From Clostridia bacterium (GTDB lineage: Bacteria > Bacillota > Clostridia > UBA1212 > DUPL01), in contig JBMNIW010000001.1 in the NCBI GenBank assembly GCA_050951325.1, positions 96,001 to 160,000 on the forward strand: a stretch of 64,000 nucleotides of DNA. The letters run 5' to 3'. Position 1 is the stretch's first letter, and every line of letters starts with the position of its first letter. Shown here piece after piece: positions 31,713 to 40,134 of the stretch. The notes beneath the pieces are model-generated. The model did no database searches, had not been told where the DNA came from, and saw only the letters and a list, made by a program, of their open reading frames with translations. A program made the position numbers and the translations under genes.

Positions 31713-32211
31713 AATAGTCTTCAGGATAACCATAAACGAAATTACCTTCGTCAAACAGCATGTTTTCCTTGTTTATCTTAATCTGTACCCTCATGAGTAA
31801 TTTCTGAATATTGGCCCTTTCGTGCTCATTAACATCAAACTCTGCACCGTACTCATACAAGCCATTGCCCTCCATCTCATTCATCCAAACAACATAAGCC
31901 AGCGCTGATATCTTTTCTTCCATAATCTCACTTGAAAATACGTAAAAAATGTCCTTACCCACAGGCAGATTCAAATCAGATACAAAACAGAATCCACCAG
32001 GCCCCATATTCCTCACCAAAACATGGGTTTTGCTGGCAGTAACCTCTTTGCCTTTGACATAAACAGGAGTCATCTCCGTTTCAAGGAGATATGGGAATTT
32101 GACTCTAAAGTACTTTCTACTTATTTCATACGGAGCAAACACCGTTTTCTTTATGTAACGGCTGTATCCTCTATCCTCTTCTACATTTTTGTCCTTTCTG
32201 TCAAAGGTCAT
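31687..32211 (-). CDS. PilZ-domain protein
   Basis: RKYFR and NMGPGG motifs, YGAEF; own promoter TTGACA-17-TAATAT at 32277-32249. Confidence 0.75.
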   Translation of the reverse strand: MTFDRKDKNVEEDRGYSRYIKKTVFAPYEISRKYFRVKFPYLLETEMTPVYVKGKEVTASKTHVLVRNMGPGGFCFVSDLNLPVGKDIFYVFSSEIMEEKISALAYVVWMNEMEGNGLYEYGAEFDVNEHERANIQKLLMRVQIKINKENMLFDEGNFVYGYPEDYFRMKRKKK

Positions 32212-32304
32212 ACCCACCACCCTTATTCTGCAGACATCTTCTATCCCAATATTACATAACAATGGAAATATTGTCAATCTCATATAAAGAAAAACGCCAG
32301 AGAT

Positions 32305-34752
32305 TTATTTCTCTGGCATTCTTCTATTCATAAATGGATTTTTTAATATGACTGTCGCCATAACAATCGAGGCAAGAACTAAAGTTGCAATCCTAGTTAG
32401 AGGACTCTTCTCATAAGAATACGTTGCATACTGGTATTTGAATCTGCCATTTGGAGCAACATCACCATTTATGTAAAAATCCATAATATCTCCATCAACT
32501 TGCATGTTGTCGGACCATTTGAAGTTAATAACGAACTTGTCGCCCTTAATGCCCAGCATGAATTTGGGCACCTTTATTTGCAGTCTTTTCCCCTTCAACG
32601 AATACTCAACAAGCCCAACTTCTTCCCAGTTCCAACCTCCTGTGGATTTTTCCAGCACTGCCGTTCCATTTGAAGTTTTCTGCCTGTTTACAACATAATG
32701 AAAGCTCTCCCAATTGGCATCCTGACGTCCGCCAATTTCAATAAACAGACGCATCCAAGACTTGTCGCCCTCTCCAACTATATTCTCAGTACATTCCACC
32801 ATGAAGTATACAAACTCATTATCTCTTGCCACCTTGGCTGATACTAAATCATTTCTGCCTGTCCTGTTTTCATAGCTGATGGGTTTGTTTGTCTTTTTAT
32901 CCACATATCCATTAAAATCCCTGTCAAATGTGTTTCCCTTGTATGCAAAGAAATTAGGGGATACATCCTTCCACATATCCTCATCAGAATATATGTCAAT
33001 AGTCTTTTTACCGGATGCTTTTGGAACAGGCTTTGTTCCCTTGAACCTTCTAATATTACTAACCATCTGGTAATAGTAGTGGTCTTTCAAATCTCCTTTG
33101 GAAGGTTCTATATCCCTGGAATATTCGTCACTGAACTGGTCGGGAAAAGCATTCTTTACTCCTCCCCATTCCTCAAATCTTCCTGCAACCCATTCATTCC
33201 ACCCAGTTATAAATATAATCTCCGGATCTATTTCAATGGCATAATCCCACTGTTCCTGAAAATTGACACCGTAGAGCTTTGCATTCTTTCTCGTATCATA
33301 CTTCCCTTCCTTGACGGAGTAATGCCTGCCATAGACATTCTCGCCATTCATGGCGGTAAGTCCTCTTTTTGCATTCCAGTTCTGGGCAACAGATACGGTG
33401 ACCTGTTCAGGCGTTCCATCCGGATTTCTTGCGATTAACTGAGGATATATCGAAATCCAGTTCCAGATTATGTAGTTTTTCTTAATCTCCGGTTGAATCG
33501 CTCCGTAAATCAAAGGATTTCCGTTTTCGTCCCTTACCTGCACATTGTCCCACGTATGGCTGTGGTTTGGCGGTCTGAAATTGAAAAACTCCATAATCTC
33601 TGCATCAACCAAATCGGTTTGTGGATTCAACTTCCCAGGGTAGCACATAATCAAAGGTTTTCCCTTCCAATAGAACCATAAATCCTTGTACCTTCCCTGA
33701 GAATAGATTTCCCTGTATAGTTCTCTTAGTTGTGTTGCCACAAAATCATAGTCAAATATAGGAAGGATAAAGGAAATCTGCGGGGTCTTGACTCCATCCA
33801 ATCGTGCCTTTGCAAAGACTTCAAGAAGAACAAGAACCTCATCCACAAAGGTTAACTCATTGTTTGTGTTGTCAAAAAAGATGGCATCCACACCTGCATT
33901 GGCCAGCATCTCTGCTTGTTTTCTTAATACCCATCTGTCATCCGTCCTGTAATATCCGTAAATCGGCTCATTCCAGAAGAAAACTCCTCCTGTTCCCCAA
34001 TGCTCACTGTCCCAGTCATGAACAATTTCAGGATGTTCCTTCAGTATTTCCGTAATATTTCTCATTCCTTTGGCATGGTTGTGGGTATGCCAGGTATGGA
34101 AAAACAATCCCACATATTTGTCATTTCGCACCTTGCCTGAAATTTGCGTTGATGGTACTTCCCTTCCCAAGCCATCCGTCGCCACCCATGTGTCAAACCC
34201 GTCGAACAACTCAATGGAATTGTCCGACAGTTTGTCAAGACCTTTTGTGTTTATACGCATCTTAAGACTTCCAAAACGCTCGCTAAAATTCTCATACAGC
34301 CTTACATTTTCCTTCTCTGGATACATGATATTTACATCAAGAAAACCATTACCACCCATCTTCTCCATAACAAACAGATACTCACCTTTTTTAGGCATAA
34401 CGGAAGATAAATCCCATGTATAGTATGTATTCCTGGGAAAAAACTCGTCCCTTTTCTCACAATGGACAGGCTTGCCGTTTACGGTCTTTGCAATATTTTC
34501 ATCCCATTTATACAGTTTGAACTCAACAATGCAATTTCGATTAACAGACGCATTGGCTATAAATATATCAATTTTTGAAAAACTTGAAGTTGCATTGAAT
34601 TGAACGCACAACCCAGTAAGCCTGGTTTGGACCACCTTTTCAGGCTCTATGAACAAATCCATATCCTCACCAACTTCCTCAGCATTAAACCCGATAATTG
34701 TAAATATCGCACCAACAAGAATAACCGTTAAAGCAAAACATAACTTTTTCAT
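32305..34752 (-). CDS. Secreted GH99/GH71-like protein with C-terminal beta-domain and membrane anchor
   Basis: Signal peptide; YVGLFFHTWH, EPIYGYY, AGVDAIFFDNTN, ITGWNEW, YSRDIEP; C-terminal hydrophobic helix. Confidence 0.7.
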   Translation of the reverse strand: MKKLCFALTVILVGAIFTIIGFNAEEVGEDMDLFIEPEKVVQTRLTGLCVQFNATSSFSKIDIFIANASVNRNCIVEFKLYKWDENIAKTVNGKPVHCEKRDEFFPRNTYYTWDLSSVMPKKGEYLFVMEKMGGNGFLDVNIMYPEKENVRLYENFSERFGSLKMRINTKGLDKLSDNSIELFDGFDTWVATDGLGREVPSTQISGKVRNDKYVGLFFHTWHTHNHAKGMRNITEILKEHPEIVHDWDSEHWGTGGVFFWNEPIYGYYRTDDRWVLRKQAEMLANAGVDAIFFDNTNNELTFVDEVLVLLEVFAKARLDGVKTPQISFILPIFDYDFVATQLRELYREIYSQGRYKDLWFYWKGKPLIMCYPGKLNPQTDLVDAEIMEFFNFRPPNHSHTWDNVQVRDENGNPLIYGAIQPEIKKNYIIWNWISIYPQLIARNPDGTPEQVTVSVAQNWNAKRGLTAMNGENVYGRHYSVKEGKYDTRKNAKLYGVNFQEQWDYAIEIDPEIIFITGWNEWVAGRFEEWGGVKNAFPDQFSDEYSRDIEPSKGDLKDHYYYQMVSNIRRFKGTKPVPKASGKKTIDIYSDEDMWKDVSPNFFAYKGNTFDRDFNGYVDKKTNKPISYENRTGRNDLVSAKVARDNEFVYFMVECTENIVGEGDKSWMRLFIEIGGRQDANWESFHYVVNRQKTSNGTAVLEKSTGGWNWEEVGLVEYSLKGKRLQIKVPKFMLGIKGDKFVINFKWSDNMQVDGDIMDFYINGDVAPNGRFKYQYATYSYEKSPLTRIATLVLASIVMATVILKNPFMNRRMPEK

Positions 34753-35579
34753 GACTCTTTATCCCGTTTGCTTCTTACAAAGAAAACGCCCACCATCACA
34801 ACCACTATTACCGCCAGAATAATGAAAAGAATATACAGGTCGTTTCCTTTTGCATCCTTTTCCTTCCCGGTATTCTCAGTTGGCTGTGGCACAGGAGTTC
34901 TGGTATCAAGTCTTGAATAGGCATCCGCTTCTTCCCTGGTTTTAAAGAAACCAATATACTTGTACGCCATTGTATCCTTGTCGCTGATTGTCCCACTCCT
35001 GTATGTACCAATTCTAAGTTGTGTTATGACACCTGCATACTCCCAGGCAAGCACGCCATTCATGTCAAGGGTAATCTCTTGCCACTCATTATTCGCAGTA
35101 ATACTATACAAATATGCATTGCCATCGTCATAAGCTGGAACATTGGTGCTGATCCAGTGGAATGCGGAAGTGCTGGCAGTATCAGAATTTGCCTTGTACA
35201 TGACTTTTATGTATTTGTACTTGCTTGTATCAACATGATACTTCTCAGGCATGTCAGTCCCTGTATTCGTACCTGGTTTAGCTGCAACTATATACGGATC
35301 CATTACCCCGGTCTGGGTATGGGCGGTGAAGACGCATGCCTTCTCATTCTTGTCATATGAAAAGGAAACCCTGGTAAGATTATATTTCCCTAGAAAACTC
35401 AGACCATCATCCCAATATATGTTCCAATTGTCTCCTTGTTCTGGATCAGTTGCAACAATCTCATAGTTGGGCTCAATAGAAAAATCAAAAATTATTGCCT
35501 CTGATGCCATAACACTAAACGAACCGATAAAAGAACACAAAACAACAAAAAACATGGATAAAACTATGAATCGTTTCAT
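34749..35579 (-). CDS. Secreted CBM-like beta-sandwich protein with C-terminal TM
   Basis: Signal peptide; DPYI..YKYIKV..WQEITLDM..W..GVITQLR; TM plus RSKR. Confidence 0.6.
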   Translation of the reverse strand: MKRFIVLSMFFVVLCSFIGSFSVMASEAIIFDFSIEPNYEIVATDPEQGDNWNIYWDDGLSFLGKYNLTRVSFSYDKNEKACVFTAHTQTGVMDPYIVAAKPGTNTGTDMPEKYHVDTSKYKYIKVMYKANSDTASTSAFHWISTNVPAYDDGNAYLYSITANNEWQEITLDMNGVLAWEYAGVITQLRIGTYRSGTISDKDTMAYKYIGFFKTREEADAYSRLDTRTPVPQPTENTGKEKDAKGNDLYILFIILAVIVVVMVGVFFVRSKRDKES

Positions 35580-35584
35580 GAAAC

Positions 35585-36475
35585 CTACCTCTCAAAATCA
35601 ACATGGCAATTTATAAAAAGATTGGCGATATCCTTCATTATCTCCTCGCTTGGTTCTTTCAAATCAGACAAGGAATAATCCTCACACAAAGCAAAATACT
35701 TGGAAATTCCCAAATTGTGATATGGCAGCAAAGAAACCTTCTCAACACCTGTTACACCAAGCATTTTTTCCACTTCCTTAATTACATCGACCCTGTCATT
35801 AATTCCCGGTATGATTGGTATCCTTACCACCACATCGCATCCCGACTGTACAAGCTTATGCAAATTGCTGCATACAAGCTCATAATCTCCCTTAAGCATA
35901 TCATACACTTCATTGTTGCCTTTTATGTCGAAATAAAAGGTGTTGGTAAAGGGAATCACCTTCTCAAAAAGAGAAAACGGCACATTACCAGCCGTATCTA
36001 TAATCACATGAATATTATTTTTACTTAACTTTTCTGCCAATGCGGATACAAAAGACGCCTGAAGCAAAGGCTCTCCACCCGATATTGTAACTCCACCACC
36101 GGACTCCTGCATGTATTCATAATCCTTGTAGAGAGTATCAAACACTTCATCCACGGTCATGTATCTGCCTGAAAGTTTCAAAGCTTTTGTTGTACATGTC
36201 TTTTCACACATGCCACAAAAGTCACACTTGTCAACTTCCACAACATGTTCACCATCCTTAATAGAGTGAACACCTCTTGTGCAGACAATTTCACAAAGCC
36301 TACATTTTGCACATAGATTTTTATGAAACATCAGCCTTGGCTTTTGGGATATGGTCTCGGGATTATGACACCAGGGGCACAAAAGATTGCACCCCTGCAT
36401 AAACACAGTTGTCCTTATGCCCGGACCGTCTCCTAATGAAAAATGCTGTATATTGCTTATCAAACCCTTATCCAT
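35585..36475 (-). CDS. Glycyl-radical enzyme activating enzyme (radical SAM, ferredoxin insert)
   Basis: DGPGIRTTVF, CNLLCPWC-HNPE, two CxxCxxCxxxC, SGGEPL. Confidence 0.95.
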   Translation of the reverse strand: MDKGLISNIQHFSLGDGPGIRTTVFMQGCNLLCPWCHNPETISQKPRLMFHKNLCAKCRLCEIVCTRGVHSIKDGEHVVEVDKCDFCGMCEKTCTTKALKLSGRYMTVDEVFDTLYKDYEYMQESGGGVTISGGEPLLQASFVSALAEKLSKNNIHVIIDTAGNVPFSLFEKVIPFTNTFYFDIKGNNEVYDMLKGDYELVCSNLHKLVQSGCDVVVRIPIIPGINDRVDVIKEVEKMLGVTGVEKVSLLPYHNLGISKYFALCEDYSLSDLKEPSEEIMKDIANLFINCHVDFER

Positions 36476-38636
36476 GTTCAGTCCTTCTTAATATGTCAAG
36501 CTTTACTTCGTTCGACAAAGAATTGTAGTATGCACTGAATCCCGACACCCTTACCACCAGATCAGTATAATTCTCAGGATTCTTCATTGCATCAATAAGT
36601 ATTTCTTTTGATACCGCATTTATCTGAATCTCCTGACCGCCATTCTTTAAATACACCTTTATCATGTCAAGCAGTTTCTTCCTTTTCACCGGATCCGTGA
36701 ACATATTCCTTGTGTACTTCTGATTAACAACCGTTCCACAGGACACTTTGGTGTAATCCGGCTTGGTAAGGGACTTTAGAGCCAATGTAGGACCATGCAC
36801 ATCTCTTCCATATACGGGAGAGGCAGCATCACTAAGAGGTTCTCCATCCCTTCTTCCATCGGGAGTAGCTGCAATCTCCATACCAGCATATATATTACTA
36901 ATATTTGCAGCAATGGCAATATAGAAGGCACCGCCATCATGGGTTTTGTATTTGGAGAATATCTCATAATGCACATTTACGAACCACTTGGCGTATTTGT
37001 CTACAAAATCATCATCGTTTCCATATTTGGGAGCTGACAAAACCTTTGCCAAAACTTCTTCATATCCTTCAAAATTATTCAGTATTGCTTCTTTAAGAAG
37101 CGAAAGGTCAATCTCCCTTTTGTTGTAAACAAACATCTCAACAGCGGCCAAAGAGTCTGCAAAGGTTCCAATGCCCATGCATGCAGCACCATGGACAGAC
37201 GGATACAAAGCTCCGCCATCATTTATGTCAAGACCTCTTTCAATACACGGATAGCAGAAACAGGACAAAAACGGCTGCATGTAGTTGTATGTATTGTATC
37301 TTTCATTTTCATTCTTGAACATTCTGACATACATGGCCGCACCGTGTTCCAACTGCTTTCTCAATGCATGAAGAAAATCATCCATGGTCTTCAACTCGGA
37401 AACATCCCCCGTTGAAGGCCCAAGGCGCACGCCCGTATGCATGCACACCCCATTGTTAAGAACAAGCTCTATATACTTGGGTGAGTTGAATCTTCCATCC
37501 GACCAGGGCGGTTGTTTGCCTGGGATGAAGTTTTCTATGCAGCCTACCATGCAGTAGTTTCTAGCATCCTCTATACTGTAACCATGTCTTAGAAGGGCTG
37601 GCACATTCACATCGTCATTCATAAGCGCTGGATATCCCAAACCCGTTCCAATAACCTTAAGGCATTCATCAAGAAAACCCTCCGGTATGCCGGAATATAT
37701 TCTGGCAGAAAGATTCGGTCCTGGCACATTGCATATCTCCACCGCCTTGAGTATGAGGTAGGAAAGCTCATTGACACCACCCAATCCATTGGGCAAAACT
37801 CCGCCAATGGCAATATTCACCACATCATCTCCACCAAAATAGCGACATTCGTAGATTTTATACAATGTGCAGCTTAAGAGGTCCAAGGCTTCCTTGTCAT
37901 TTATCCTGCCTTCTTCAATATCTTTTTTGTAGTATGGGTAAAGATACTGATCCAGCCTTCCCAAAGCCATTGCATATCTGCCCTCATACAAAAAAGCCGT
38001 GTGAACAAACCATACAAGCTGAAGAGCCTCACGAAAAGTTTCGGGTTTGAAATATGAGACCTTTTTACAGGTTTCGTAAACCTTCATAAGGTTTTCATAC
38101 TCGCAGCTTCCTTTTTCAAAAGCTTCTGCTCTTTCCAAAGCCTTGTCCGAATACCCTCTTACCATGTCGGAAAAAGCCTGCATGGAAATCTCGCACGCTT
38201 CAAGAAACACTTGCTTCTTTTTATCGCCTTTATGTACCAGTTTTGATTTCTCTATCTTCTCCAATGTGCCTTTTATACCATCACTCAAAAACGTCTCATA
38301 ATCAGGTGCATAATGGTCAAAATTCGTACCAAAATGCCTCGAGCCGTAATTTGCACACACATTCTGTGCATGCTGAAGCGCCGTATTTGATATGACACTT
38401 TCATCTTCAATGGCGCCTCTTATGCTGCCTGCAATCATGTCATTATCATATACGTGTTTTCTGTGTTTTCTGAACACAGAGGCAACTGCATACGCTCTTG
38501 CAATCGGCACCTCGGAATCAAAATGCTCCGCATAGCCTTCAAACATGTAATAAGGGGTTACCCGCCTTGCAGCCTGCGGCCATTTCTCGTTAATTTCTTT
38601 TTTCAACCTCTCAAGAGGCGTGAGCATATAAATCAC
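36468..38636 (-). CDS. Glycyl-radical enzyme, non-PFL, unassigned substrate
   Basis: Gly loop RVSGFSAY, single-Cys loop VGCIE, GRLDQY, PKYGNDD, ATPDGR; adjacent activase. Confidence 0.93.
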   Translation of the reverse strand: MIYMLTPLERLKKEINEKWPQAARRVTPYYMFEGYAEHFDSEVPIARAYAVASVFRKHRKHVYDNDMIAGSIRGAIEDESVISNTALQHAQNVCANYGSRHFGTNFDHYAPDYETFLSDGIKGTLEKIEKSKLVHKGDKKKQVFLEACEISMQAFSDMVRGYSDKALERAEAFEKGSCEYENLMKVYETCKKVSYFKPETFREALQLVWFVHTAFLYEGRYAMALGRLDQYLYPYYKKDIEEGRINDKEALDLLSCTLYKIYECRYFGGDDVVNIAIGGVLPNGLGGVNELSYLILKAVEICNVPGPNLSARIYSGIPEGFLDECLKVIGTGLGYPALMNDDVNVPALLRHGYSIEDARNYCMVGCIENFIPGKQPPWSDGRFNSPKYIELVLNNGVCMHTGVRLGPSTGDVSELKTMDDFLHALRKQLEHGAAMYVRMFKNENERYNTYNYMQPFLSCFCYPCIERGLDINDGGALYPSVHGAACMGIGTFADSLAAVEMFVYNKREIDLSLLKEAILNNFEGYEEVLAKVLSAPKYGNDDDFVDKYAKWFVNVHYEIFSKYKTHDGGAFYIAIAANISNIYAGMEIAATPDGRRDGEPLSDAASPVYGRDVHGPTLALKSLTKPDYTKVSCGTVVNQKYTRNMFTDPVKRKKLLDMIKVYLKNGGQEIQINAVSKEILIDAMKNPENYTDLVVRVSGFSAYYNSLSNEVKLDILRRTEHG

Positions 38637-39718
38637 CCGCCAACCAGTATCGTCTTCACATTTTTGCCCTGTTTTGCATTCTCAAAAGCCTTGTTGATAT
38701 CGGAAAGCAGATATTCCGTAATCATTGAATCAATAACAGGGTGCAAATCTCTGTTTTCTTCAAGGAATTTTACATACTCTTCAATATCCACAGCAGAATA
38801 CTGGGACGAACCAATAATATGCAGTGCCTTGAAAGTTATAACCTGGGGTGGAAGCGGTATTGTTCCTGAGTTGGAATACTGCCCTGGAACCAGGTAAACT
38901 CCTCTGTTTCTTAACATGTCAATACCTTGCAAAAAGGCATCCTTGTTGCCGCTGGCTTCCACAGCCAAATCAGCACCAAGACCACCGCTTACACTTTTAA
39001 TATATCCATCTATCTCTTCAAAGGTATTCTTCTCAAGACTGAAAATCTTTGTAGATCCAAAGCTTTTTGCCAGCTCTTCTCTTTTTTTATTCTCCCTGCC
39101 TGTTATAGCAATTACATTTTCCACCTTCAAACTGGCAAGGTAAGCAACTGCAAACATTCCAACAGGCCCCAATCCCTGAACCACGCAAGTTTTCAAGTTC
39201 TCCAAATCCACATTCGCCCTTTTTGCCAGTGAAAACGCATGTATTACAGTAGAGCCTGCACAGGCAAAAACACTGGCAGTCTTGGGATTAATGCTTTTTG
39301 GTATCTTTACAAGATTCTTTATAGGTGAATAGTTGTATTCTCCAAAACCGCCCCAGAAATGAGGTTCATCGTAAGGATTTCCACCATTTGTCACACCCAT
39401 GTTTACACAGTTGGCATCATCTCCCGTCTTGCAGAGAAGGCACTCTTCGCATGGTACTGCAATGGTGGCAATTACATTATCACCTACATTTAGAGTATCA
39501 CTTTCCGAGCCCAGTTCCACCACTTCTCCCACAAACTCATGCCCAATTACTTTAGGCGGCTCTATTCCAAGCTTTCCGTTTAATATATGCAAATCCGTTC
39601 CACAAACACCGCTGGCCACAAGGCGCAAAAGCGCCATGTCCTTCTGTGGTTTTGTCAGTGGAAACTCTCTAATTTCAAACTCCTTGTTCGCTCCTTGATA
39701 TACTGCCGCTTTTGGCAC
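38633..39718 (-). CDS. Zn-dependent medium-chain alcohol dehydrogenase
   Basis: GVCGTDLH, GHE, structural Zn CEECLLC..C, GLGPVG. Confidence 0.92.
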   Translation of the reverse strand: MPKAAVYQGANKEFEIREFPLTKPQKDMALLRLVASGVCGTDLHILNGKLGIEPPKVIGHEFVGEVVELGSESDTLNVGDNVIATIAVPCEECLLCKTGDDANCVNMGVTNGGNPYDEPHFWGGFGEYNYSPIKNLVKIPKSINPKTASVFACAGSTVIHAFSLAKRANVDLENLKTCVVQGLGPVGMFAVAYLASLKVENVIAITGRENKKREELAKSFGSTKIFSLEKNTFEEIDGYIKSVSGGLGADLAVEASGNKDAFLQGIDMLRNRGVYLVPGQYSNSGTIPLPPQVITFKALHIIGSSQYSAVDIEEYVKFLEENRDLHPVIDSMITEYLLSDINKAFENAKQGKNVKTILVGG

Positions 39719-39733
39719 TTAAAACACCTCCAA

Positions 39734-40123
39734 TTACATTACCTTTACATAAAAATTCCTTGTTCTGGGTCCGTCAAACTCACAGAAATATATACCCTGC
39801 CATGTGCCAAGCACAAGTTTTCCCTTTTCCACAATAACAGTAACCGAGGAACCCATGCAGCTTGCTTTAAGATGCGCACTGGAATTCCCCTCAAAATGCC
39901 TGAACTCCCTTCTGTCGGGAAAAGCCTTGTCAAGTCCGTATAAAATATCATGCACCACATCAGGATCCGCATTCTCGTTAATTGTAATTCCGGCAGTGGT
40001 GTGGGGACAGAAAACAACACATATGCCATTTTCAACACCGCTTTCTGCCACTGCGCTTCTTACACGCGATGTAATGTTGTAAAAGTTTTCTTTCTCTGTC
40101 TCAATAGTAAACTTTTTTAACAT
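39734..40123 (-). CDS. yjbQ: YjbQ/UPF0047 family protein
   Basis: PHTTAGITINENADPDV, HFEGNSSAHLK, LGTWQGIYFCEFDGPR. Confidence 0.93.
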   Translation of the reverse strand: MLKKFTIETEKENFYNITSRVRSAVAESGVENGICVVFCPHTTAGITINENADPDVVHDILYGLDKAFPDRREFRHFEGNSSAHLKASCMGSSVTVIVEKGKLVLGTWQGIYFCEFDGPRTRNFYVKVM

Positions 40124-40134
40124 ACGAATCTCCT

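Noticed and set aside
36468-38636. Pyruvate formate-lyase or microcompartment-associated GRE
   Set aside because: Single Cys loop (GCIE) rather than CC; no BMC shell genes nearby.
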